A DNA stretch of 64,000 bases from Botryllus schlosseri (lineage: Eukaryota), in NCBI GenBank assembly GCA_051294905.1, contig CM119373.1:25792001-25856000 (forward strand), read 5' to 3'. The notes under the pieces were generated by a model, which saw only the letters and a program-made list of their open reading frames with translations, was not told the origin of the DNA and did no database searches. The stretch's first letter is position 1. Each line of letters opens with the position of its first letter. Positions 12,360-22,985 of this stretch are shown one piece after another. The translations under genes and the position numbers were made by a program.

Positions 12360-12760
12360 TATTGGTTTTTTGGTTAGAAGTTCTTGGTAACTTCTAACTA
12401 GCTGGTGGAAACCGCAATATTCAATAGCCGTAGCAATAGGTGCGACGAATATGGACTTAACAAAATTGCGCCACCCCAGCCATGGGCTTAAGGCAATCTG
12501 TGCCATAATCAATCCACTTCGATTCGCCTTCAGTATCCTAATCACGGAAACACGAGTTTACGAAGTAGGTTCTGTCTGAAGACTAAATGAACTTATCCAA
12601 GTCCGAGAAGTGGTAATTTCTGTAATCCCAGAGTGCACTTTTCTATTGGGTTGGGCGGAGAATAAAGCCGTTCTAAATCCAGAACACTCGAACGAGTTTA
12701 AGGAAGTTTGGAGAAGCTTTGCAGTTCTTTTGTCGAGGAGCTGGGATTCCTGTATTAGGG
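12360..12760 (-). pseudogene. Probable decayed Ty3/Gypsy-like (or DIRS-like) RT-connection/RNase H fragment
   Basis: Minus-strand frame-shifted motifs in canonical order: IPAP..TKELQSF (about 12713-12751), then about 215 nt later TD..HGWGGAILL (about 12455-12503), then PIA and QELL; compare P..KELQSFLG..TDAS..G.GAVL..PIAY..E.ELLA. Multiple frameshifts and stops; no LTRs seen. Confidence 0.4.
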
Positions 12761-15700
12761 TTCTTGAACAAATCCAAGGATTTGGCTCTATAGTTATAGA
12801 ACGCAATTCATTTTGCCCACTCCTGAAGAGACAAGGTCACCGAATGCGACTGTTTTAATTACCGTAATTGACACGTATAGCATATAGCACCTGGTGGAAA
12901 TATTTGTAATCTTTGAATATATATATATGCTGTATGCTACTCTACAATGGCCAAACTGATGGATAAGAATGACCACGAATCTAGCCCGGTCCATTTGCTG
13001 GTATTGTTCGTGGTTACAATTCATAATACCTTCGTAAATCTAATATATTTGACAGCAATGTGCAATTAACTCTAGGGAGAGCATGGTCAGGTTAAAATTC
13101 CATTGCGATGATTTATAACTATTGCGGATATTAAAATGCCATTATACGTCGGATGTGATATGCTCAATCACAAAGCCCGGTATCAACCTATCAAAGAAAG
13201 TGTGAATCCATGACTGCTGGATTTCAATCCGGCTTTTATGGATGGCAGCTCAATCTGCCGACTGGACACATAGCGGCATACAATATCACACACTGTCTTG
13301 TTTGCGCAGCCAACCGTGTTTATATAAAAAGCAACAATACGTGAAGAATACACACAGGGGTGTACGTGGAGCCTCTATCCCGTTTTTTCCGTTTAAGTAA
13401 ACGTAGGATTAAGGAGGTGTCGATGGAATAAGTCAAATAAAAACCGATTTAATCCTTCAACCAAGTCATACCCCAGCTCTTCATTGGAAATGAATACGTG
13501 CCTATCTGCTACCGCGCGATGCTTGCTGAAAGGCTACCGTGTCCCTCTGTATTTCCCTGCCAACCTCTGGTCCTAATATCCTTTTGGGATCAGGAATTAT
13601 TACTTTTTAATAGGCTATTTATTTATTTGGATTATCGCGAATGAATAAGGGATGAGTTACATCGTACGGGTAATTAGGTTTATTTGATAAAGTCCAATAC
13701 TGATGCGCATAATCTAAATGCCAACAATAAACATTTCATGTTGTGATACTCGTCGCCGCTTCGCGAATTAGATGCACCTGCGGATACGTAGAATGTGTCC
13801 AACAACGAAAAACACTAATCTTTCTTTACAAAAGAAAACATAAGTGCACTAGGATACTAAGCGAATGGAATAAGTGTATACATGCTTATTACCTGATCCA
13901 ATAAGTTTTATTTTTAACGGATAATGCACATAGGATTTATTTTATTGCAGTTGACTTATCTAAAATATCTGTATCATTGACAAAAATTATCCCCTGCAAT
14001 GCAATGAAATTTATCATACCCGGAACAATCTGTCAATGAAGTTCCACCGCGATACAATTAAGGACTTGAACTAGCGTATTTCGGTGACTGTTCGCCCTTA
14101 TAAACTACTTCATAGATGGATGCGTCCCTGTCCGGGTGCACGTTTAAGGCGCTATAAAGTATAAAGCGTGTCTATAAAGAGTACCAAGACAAAATCGCAT
14201 GAAGTTTCAGTAGCATAAAAAACTCCATAGTTCTACTAAAATTATATCACATCTATCATAGAATAACTATCGGCCCGGACCAACCTGTCGCACTGAAGTC
14301 TATATTTCACGAGCACTCGGCTTTCAGTGGGTAACAGATATTCAGCCGACCGCAATGAATACAGTAAAATCACTTGAATAACAAAATTAACTTTGTTATC
14401 CATAGTTCAATTTTGCTTAGTGTTGAAACGGGTTAACGTTTCAATAGTTGAGTTGGTGACTCGGCCTAATTGTTCCCATCGACAGCTTCGAATCAATACA
14501 GGCAGATATTACAAATACACCCTCGCGCACTTTCAACATTTAATCAACAAAAGTTGTTTTCAGCTGAGCAACTATAGTCGTGGCATGGTCATTGGTCATG
14601 TTATGATTTCGAACTAACGTCATCATTTTCCAATTTAGGTGCTTAAGTCAGTCGTTAAGTGATGATAGAACAAGATATGTCAGTCAATGGCCAATTGTAA
14701 GACCAATTATTATAAGATGCAAGTTAGGGATACTGTACAATGTACATCATGTCCGCAAGATATCCTGTCCGGAACAATCACCCCAATAGGGCGCGGGTGT
14801 GGTGTATTACGGCCTCCATGCATCCGCGTAATGCTCATTGCATGACTTCCGTGCTAGGCGCATAATAAGGTTTTAATGTCGCTTAATACATTCTAAGCGC
14901 CGTGAAGATCAACTGTTGGCTGCAGGGATAATTAAAAATTGATTAATTTAACTGATTATCGACCACGGGCATGCGATCCCTGTCTACTAACGATGCCGTC
15001 TGTCACGGTAAATGAAGTCGTAATGCGTCCGTGTCAAATTGGGATCGGACCGGGCTACATCGGTTATCTGGGGGATTTACGCGATTTCAGGGCGCACATG
15101 TCTCTGGCTAGGTGCGGTCTGGTTCGGGTGGATGCTGAAAGAGCTTTTATAATCCCGTCGAAATCCTTGGGCTCCGAAACGAATCCCTTGGGGTTAGGGC
15201 GAGCTTTACTGGCACTGTAATGAGCGAGGTAGACAAAGCTAGACGCCCGCGTCATTGTTGGCAAGCCATCCGAAGCCATGGCGCGAGTCAAAGTCACCGC
15301 TCTCGCGAAAGGAATGTGGATTAGCCATGCGGATTACGATATGAACAATCTTCTATGGCCACCATGTATCTTGCCGACTTGGAGAGATTTAAACCTGTAA
15401 TACTAGTGTAAATAAACACTATATACATGGTGGATGCTTCCTGGACTGCGATTGTCTACAAACCGAATATGTTAACACATCCTTAATTGCAGCGATAATA
15501 ATAATCCGTCCGATTTTTCTCACCTAATTAGGGCCGGTCCTCGTTTAAATTTGATGAGGAGTCAACGCCTTCTACTGCGTGGATGCACGAAGAGGTGTTC
15601 AAAGTAGTCATCGTTGTTATTTGAGTTGCCTAGTGACTATTCAATTACAAGTAAACGTATCAATCAACTATAAAACGTCTCTTACAAGTTAACGTTTAAA

Positions 15701-15897
15701 TTTACCTTAAAACGTTTACGTTAAAACTACTTTTGGGTGGAAGAGAATATGTCAGGTATGAAAAGTACGCGAGTAGGCAGTTTCAGTAAGTAGATATGGT
15801 TGGTATTCGTATACTTTTAGTAGTTGAATTGGAGGTGGTGGCTTTCGAAATTGCAAGATGTATCTTCGTGACAAACGCAAAATGACAACTGTCACGG

Positions 15898-15961
15898 TAG
15901 AATCTTCGAAAATATATTCAGTTACCGCTGCGATAATTCACGTGGTGCTTATGGCAATTTC
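15898..15961 (+). repeat. Short dispersed repeat, copy 1 (copy 2 at 37678-37723)
   Basis: TAGAATCTTCG..AA.ATATTCAGTTACCGCT..CTTATG.CAATTTC shared with 37678-37723; this copy has 18 extra bases (GCGATAATTCACGTGGTG). Confidence 0.6.
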
Positions 15962-16985
15962 GCCAATAAACAAATGTACTTTCTGCTTTTCGAAATGAAA
16001 CATCAAGTTGTTTTGCCGAAATTATGTTAACGCATAGAAGTGGAACACACCCCTTGACTATAAATACGGTAGTGCTAGTCGGGAGGACCTGAGAACCTGT
16101 ATATTATCGTATAATACAACCTAACGTGCATGGACCAAGCTGAGGAAAAAGACTCAATTATCAATTCAATACGCGACTGACGAGACGACTGCCAATGTTT
16201 CATTTTATTGTCGCAAACAAACCATTCATCGTCTAAAATTACAAGCACCCTGTAAATTTCTTCGTATGTGCACTTTGCACTTTATGAAAGCAGGTAAACT
16301 TAGTTGATGGCCTTTAAAAGAAGCAGATATATTCTGAACTCACACACAGACACGATCCTGCTTGTAATCCGTGGGGTATTGGGTTTTGGCAGAGATATTT
16401 TTCTAGTTTTACTCGCGACATTGTCATGAGTGTAAAATTTGCATGACAGCCGTGTGACGCGAACGTCGAGCATTGCCGTCGGACCGTTGTCGAGAGAGTA
16501 TACCCACGAGAATACACGGAAACTATATTTCGGCGAAATTAATGCAGCATCAGTGCGACACTGCATGCCAGAAATTAGATTGTCGTCTGTCTGGAATTGC
16601 TGTTGTTTGCAAGAGATTGACAGCTCGGACATGGAGAAAGGGCCCATGCATTGAAATGTTTCTGCATAACCGACAGGTCATATCATCTAAATTTCATTTT
16701 AAAAGAGCCTTTTTCGTTTTGGTTCAACACTCCGCAAATGATGAATTGCTATCCATGCCTAGAAGAGGTAGTCACTGTCGTAGAACTTCTAAGTTTGAGG
16801 AGTACTTAAGTAGATTTCCGTACTTGCGCTACCTAATCAGATCGTTTTGTTTTTGGTTTCCCGGCATATGAGCATGCGTCACTTTTTAATGTGGTTTTAC
16901 AACCCTAAAATTATTCCTAACCCCCACTATAACCCAGAACAACACATATATACATCCTAACCCTAACCTAAACTTCCATCTAAAC

Positions 16986-17359
16986 CAGTGGTTCCCAACC
17001 TTTTTCGACTCGTCCCCCCCTTATCAGTCTCGACACGAATTTTCTCCCCCATATTTATGGATCTGAATAAGAGGACGCCAAATCTGGAAATATATTCACT
17101 CAACTCTGATTGCTGGTAAATTTACTAAAAAAGGGTCAAGGTGGTGCTCTGAAACCCGGTTTCCGCTACTACCTTCCGTTGAGTTGATCTTTTTTCGCGT
17201 CGTATGCAGGATAAGCCGTCTTCACGTGGATTTTGGCCATGTGAATTGAATATGTCTCACCGGACGTTGTAACATTTTCGCACTCTATCGCCCCCTTGTT
17301 TCTCAAAATAGCACACCGGGGGGGGGGGGGGGCGACATCACCCACGTTTGGAACTACTG
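16986..17359 (+). mobile_element. hAT-type MITE, 374 bp
   Basis: TIRs CAGTGGTTCCCAACCT / ACGTTTGGAACTACTG (13/16); TSD ATCTAAAC (16978-16985) / ATCTCAAC (17360-17367), 7/8; C-rich left and G15 right subterminal tracts. Confidence 0.85.
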
Positions 17360-17789
17360 ATCTCAACCATACCTGCCGCCCTTAATCCCAAATTTTAGCC
17401 GCCTGCTCAAGTTCTGCATGCCCTGAGCACATGCTAAAATGTCGTATGCTCATTGCTCACGCGGGTCCACGGACTTATGTTTTTTAGTACCCTTACTGCT
17501 ATTGAAAAGTCTTAGTAGAAGATAGCTTTAGGACAAGTTTGCGACTTTTGAGAGCGAAATTCCCTTGGCGCTATGAACCCTGCCTGCATCATCGTAGCAA
17601 AACATATTTCCGGAAATTGCACCATGTATAGCGTAATTATGCGTCAGTCAAGGAAATATACACTGCAATTTCGAAATAAGACGCATTGGACTATTTGATA
17701 AAATAAGCGACCCCTCGAGCTTATCTAATTCTTGAAACTATTTACCAGAGTAATGTTTAGAAATTAATCTTGTACTTCCAGTTGTAGTA

Positions 17790-17871
17790 CTTTTGAAAAG
17801 CCTTCGAAATCGCTACTTCTGATATACGCCGTTTTTCTACTTTTACTCAAGTGCAAAACCTGGCCGCTGGA
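17790..17871 (+). mobile_element. Degraded right end of a TACTT-rich family element
   Basis: TAGTACTTTT..CTACTTTTACTCAAGTG..ACCTGGCCGCTG; same subterminal motifs as 54600-54764; no TSD partner found. Confidence 0.45.
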
Positions 17872-18061
17872 TCCGCTTTTGGTGCCATGTCAGATGTCAT
17901 TTAGGGATAGATTTTGATCGCGCGTGAACTCTGGGCGTGCGCTGAATCGCATTGTTCAAATCGTCACTGTCACGATGTACGTGGCGATGACAGCGAATAC
18001 CTTTGATATTTTGGCCAAACAGGCGCTAGCGAGAAGCTTGAGAATCCCGATTTTTTTACAG

Positions 18062-18146
18062 ATCGACACCGCACAAGCCACTTCGCGTTCGGCCAAGAAT
18101 GATAAATGACCTTCCGTGAAGGGTGTAGTGCCGTCGAGAGGCCGGG
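18062..18146 (+). other. Candidate 85-nt exon (strong acceptor and donor); non-coding or first coding exon
   Basis: Acceptor GATTTTTTTACAG| at 18061 and donor GG|GTGAGT at 18147. All three through-frames contain stops, but ATG at 18106 gives MTFREGCSAVERPG open to the donor. No partner exon identified. Confidence 0.25.
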
Positions 18147-20964
18147 GTGAGTCAAAAAGGTCGCGTTTTTCCCGACTCCGCGCGCGGCCACTTTGTGAAG
18201 ACCCCATTGAAATCGATTATTCACGTTTCGGGTACCATCCGACCTACTTCCCCGCACGTAATAATGCCCGAAATCGGGAGTAATGAGCTGGTAAAGTGTC
18301 GCGACATTGAATATCTCGGCACGATTTCAACAACATTTGTTAATATCAAAATATAACTTCGCTTTCCATTATGTTATGTGAATACAAAAACGCAGCTACA
18401 GAGACTCTCATCTCATCTATATATATACCTATAATTTAATTCTAACCGGTTAGGACCTCGACTGAAATATATAACACGTATCAATTAATGGTTAGTTGAT
18501 CTACATAGAACTTTGACTGATATCATTTCCCCTTTTCGCCTATAGACAAAAGGGTTTGCTAAAAAGGTCGCCACAGGTATTTTCAACGTGTAATCTGAAC
18601 AGATATGATCGAATTCTAATATCAACGCCCTCCTTCGATTCGAAATAGGTATTTCGAAATTAATAGTATAGAATAGTTCAACCTACGACGCCCCCGTTAA
18701 ACTCTTTATTATTCCCGTTTCATCTTATTAGAACAAACATAAATAATTTTAAGGCTATTTCCGTCGATCCGGAATCCGAAATATGCGACTTGATTCTGAA
18801 TGTACTGAATCGTAAGAAATCGATATTCCAAACGATTCGAACCGCCGTTCCTATTCGCGATGCAATAATTTGGGCCATTTTTTATTATTTTAATTTGGGC
18901 CATAGTTTGGGTCACCGTATACGTGACGTTGCAATAAAATGATGAGTAGCAGACTTTGTACGCAACTTACCCCCACTGCTATCCACAATTACCGTGTTTC
19001 GAGTGTTGGAAATACGTCCGGATGATTCAAAAAGTTTGTTTAAATTTCGCATTGATCACCACAGATTTATTACTGTGCAAACACTCGTTTTCGTGGTGAT
19101 CACGTTTTGTGGTTGCATCAGATCGCCTCCGAGGTGGCCCTGCATCATTGCCTCTTCGTTTTAAGGGCTATCCGTGCGGATAGGTGTCGAAAGAATGCGA
19201 TAGAAGTCCACTTCTATCGCGTATTAATATCTCTCATGCCACGCCACCGATTCTCATTTGATGTAGGGACGTCTGTCATTAGATTACGGCGAAATGAAAT
19301 GACGCGTGCCGCGTAGACCGCTAAACTTTGACACGCGGTCTATTGTGCCATCATTTCCAGCAATTTGCTTGGCGTTTACAGCCAAGGCATATATCGATGT
19401 ATTTGCTAAGCCAATTGTCCATGAATCGCTTTATGTAGCCGCTAATCAATCGAGTCTAACGGGTGTGTAACGGCTGGGAAGCCTTCGGTGTTTGCAGCGA
19501 TGTTGAAAATGTGTCACATATATCATGGCCAATATCTATTTTTAACTCCGGTTAATAGCGTGGGCGCGTTTACAAACAATATTTTGCTCAAAAACTAATT
19601 GCCACTGGAATGAAACGGGGGAATTCATCACTGTCAGTTGAATTATCGAGAATCGGTCATAGTAGTTACCTTTGCACAATCATACAAGGATGATGTAAAA
19701 TCCCTGTAATGCCACCATGATTGAAACCCGAAAGCTAAGAAAAACTATATACAATCCCTTTATGATTTTAGTCACTTGCCATAAATGGCACTTGTCAATC
19801 ATAGCGTCTATAGTTCTCGCCAAGCCTTCATGCAGTAAAATGTTCTCGGGCAATATATCTTTCGCATTCGTTAAAACTGATGGTAATTCATGTCTGCGTT
19901 CAACGTCTGAGCCCGATTCACGAGTGACTGTATATATTTTTAACATATTTTGAAGTCAAATAAAGCTTGTGACCGGAAATCTTGATAATTTAATTAAAAA
20001 CGCGTGTTTCACCAATGCAAAGAAACTGTCGAAGATATTGTTTCAGATAGACAGAGTAATGTCACGAATCAATCAAGTCTATACTAAGTGAGATGGTACG
20101 ATAGAAGATATGCGATGGTTTCACCCATTTTAAGGAGCGTTAACATCCTCTTACCGATATATCCTATACACCTATGAATTGAGATTGCATCGGATTCAAA
20201 CCATAAAAATGTAGACTATTTTGCCTTGTCAGCTATCTCTTTTTGGGTAATTCGGATCAAATGTTAAATAGAATCAATCCACTCGCGCTATTGACATTTC
20301 CACACCTAATTTAAGGGATCGCACCAACCTCGTACTGCACCCGGTATTTCAGGAAATATCACGGAGTCGATAATTCAAGCTGAACAAAATCTGTTTGATG
20401 TGACAAATTGATCGATGGCCGCACGCATGTGCGCGATATTTTGATGACGAACAATATATCACCCCTACAGTAGTGTGATACGCGTAATAAATCTGATTAT
20501 TTACATAGGTATTTACGTTTGGATGTGAATACCTATTAGTAACGTAAATTCAATCCTCAAAAGGCGGATTATGAATGTTCAATCTGAAGGTGGATTAAGT
20601 AAAATAACCTAACGACTGGGTTATGCGGTTATCACACTTCATTGGATAAATCGAAATCGCTTTTAGCATTAGTACGACCACAGAGTTCTAATTCTACGAT
20701 GCTGGTAGCAAAATGACTGAATCGGCTTCAATATGAAGTCACTACTTGCTCAATAGTTATGTTTTTATAGTTAGAATACTTGGATACTTATTGTAAGCGA
20801 AACTACTTACTTTTTTCAGTTTTGATTTCGAAAAGTAGTTTTTCGGTCAGTATTCATTCTTTTTATGCGTTGCGTGAAATTGTCAAAAGAACATTGCGAA
20901 ATAACCACGGTAACGGAATACTAAAGTATGGATGATTGCGCCTCGTAGTGTCATTGGTCATTTC

Positions 20965-21436
20965 TAGGGCTGGGCACAATGATTCGAGTACTCGAATTTG
21001 AATCGAGTAATTATTTTAATGATTTGAGTCAAGTAGCAAAAGACGATTTTTTGGAGTACTCAAAGTTGCTTTATTAAGGAGAATTATGGTTTCCATACTA
21101 TTTTCCACCGTCGAAGCCAAGAAACCTTGATTGGGTGTAACGCAGCCTATGAAACATATAGTAAAATGCAACAACCGTTACTGGGAAAACACTTCCGAAG
21201 TCATGATCCTCCCACAACATTGTCACAAAGTGCAAAGAAATACCAAAACCACCTTTAATGTGATGGATAACAGACATTTTGTTCATTGTGATGGCTCAAA
21301 CGGTATATATTTGAACTTGGACACGGTACATTTTCTGTGACGTCATCACGAGTATACTCGAATACTTGTCTCGACTCGAAACATAATAGGTGATTTAGAA
21401 TCGAATCACTCAGGTACTCGATTTTGCCCAGCCCAA
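20965..21436 (+). mobile_element. TAGGGCTGGGCA-TIR MITE (hAT Ac/Tip100-like termini), 472 bp
   Basis: TIR TAGGGCTGGGCA / TGCCCAGCCCAA (11/12); TSD GTCATTTC (20957-20964) / GTCGTTTT (21437-21444), 6/8; subterminal CTCGA/TCGAG repeats; contains TGACGTCA at 21338. Confidence 0.85.
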
Positions 21437-21504
21437 GTCGTTTTGCATAAGTCTCAAAGACAAATATTGCCATTGCGAACGTAGCCACATTCTTAGCGAA
21501 AAAA

Positions 21505-21568
21505 GGTGTATATATTCACACCCGTGTATCACCCGCCATGCACGGGTGTGAAACTCTGAATATACACC
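21505..21568. other. 64-nt stem-loop (15-bp inner stem with one G-U pair, 8-nt loop, 8-bp outer stem)
   Basis: TTCACACCCGTGTAT (21515-21529) pairs with ATGCACGGGTGTGAA (21538-21552); GGTGTATA (21505-21512) pairs with TATACACC (21561-21568). Confidence 0.7.
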
Positions 21569-21719
21569 AATGGTACACGAAAGCAGAACCTACCTATAGC
21601 ACCACGGCATAAATGAAACACAGCATTTTAATCCAAATCACGCTTATACGTAAGGACATAGTTGGGTTGAACCACGACGTAATTCTAGCGTAGCTTCTGT
21701 TTGGGCGGTGTACCATGCG

Positions 21720-21867
21720 TTGGAAGTGAATACTTTTTGCTATGGGCGTTCTTACGATTAAACACTAAAAGTATGTGCGACCAAATATACTTTTGGAAAC
21801 TACTTATTCACGGAGTTACTTCCATTATTACTAGGGTAGCAACGACAAATATACTTGACCACTTCTG
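21720..21867 (+). mobile_element. Right end of a CAGAGGTGG/TACTT-rich family element (orphan)
   Basis: TACTT repeats ending TACTTGACCACTTCTG; compare TACTTTGACCACCTCTG at 54748-54764. Confidence 0.55.
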
Positions 21868-22837
21868 ATTGCGATTCCATAACGCCAAAAAAGTCAAATT
21901 AGGAAAGGAAGACCCCGTCATTGACCTGCCAATACATAGTCATATACAGAACCTCCGTATGATGCTATGGTCATCAAGGAGCGCTAATGGTAGCGCAGAT
22001 CAACCGTTTAAAAGCGATGCCGCGCGCGATGCGCAACGGGTATTTTGAAAACCAAACCAGCGCCGCAGAAGGTCGCTTAAAACAACAAAAGTTAAGGGGG
22101 CACGCCGGGAACTCTATCCCCACAACACGCCGTCAGTTGCGTTACGGCGATCGGGGTTCAATCGGAGATGGTCAAAGTCATCACTGTGCACTGTGCACTG
22201 TGCAGTGTGCACGGACGAGGCTAATGTAAACGGTCGCGGGGCTATACTTGCCGATGAGTAAATTGTAAAATTAGTCGCAGGTGTGCGTTCCGCATTGCAG
22301 AACGGTGGACGCAACAACGTGCTGTTATGTATCTGTATATATACTAAGGAATGCTCTCGTAAGGTTTGGTATGGCACTCATCGCGAGTGATTCCCTCAAG
22401 TACATTTCTTCGAGATGTTTGTATTTCTACATCTGCCATAACCGCTAAGCGGCAAACCATATTTGCTAAATCAGCTACATTAAACACGAAACAGGGGTCA
22501 ACCATACCACCCTACTCATATGGGAAAGCTTCGTGGGTTATTGCGTCTGATTGCATGATCACACCGAGGCGCACCAAATTCAAATCGCTACAGCAAAGGT
22601 CGCTATTTGATCCGCATGCTTGCCGTTGCGTTAAATGTCGTATCTATTGAACTGTCCGCGCGAATTCAAAGGTGCGCAATTACCGTTAATTGTAGTCAAT
22701 TCGTTAACCGCCAGCATTGTATACCTTCGAGTCGTCCGCCAGGCGCCACCCCCAATGCTTACGAGCATCCTTCCGCATTATTGCTTTAATTACCAAGTCG
22801 TAAAAAATGCAACCTGGGACATATACGTATATATTTG

Positions 22838-22985
22838 TAGAGGAGGGCCGGTGTTCCGGTTACTCAAGTAAAAGTACAAGTAATACCGTAAATTTTAACT
22901 CAATTACAAGTAAAATTTTGTGGCTCTTTCAAACGAAAATAAAAAATGAAAGATACGAAATGTACTCAAGTTCGTACTTTCTTAT
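22838..22985 (+). mobile_element. Left end of a related TACTCAAGTAAAAGTA element (orphan)
   Basis: TAGAGGAGGGCCGG..TACTCAAGTAAAAGTACAAGTA..TACTCAAGT; a reverse-orientation relative ends at about 31842 (GACCACCTCTA) but the flanks do not form a TSD. Confidence 0.5.

Noticed and set aside
16956-16970. CCTAACCCTAACCTA telomere-like sequence
   Set aside because: Only about two units; not an interstitial telomere array.
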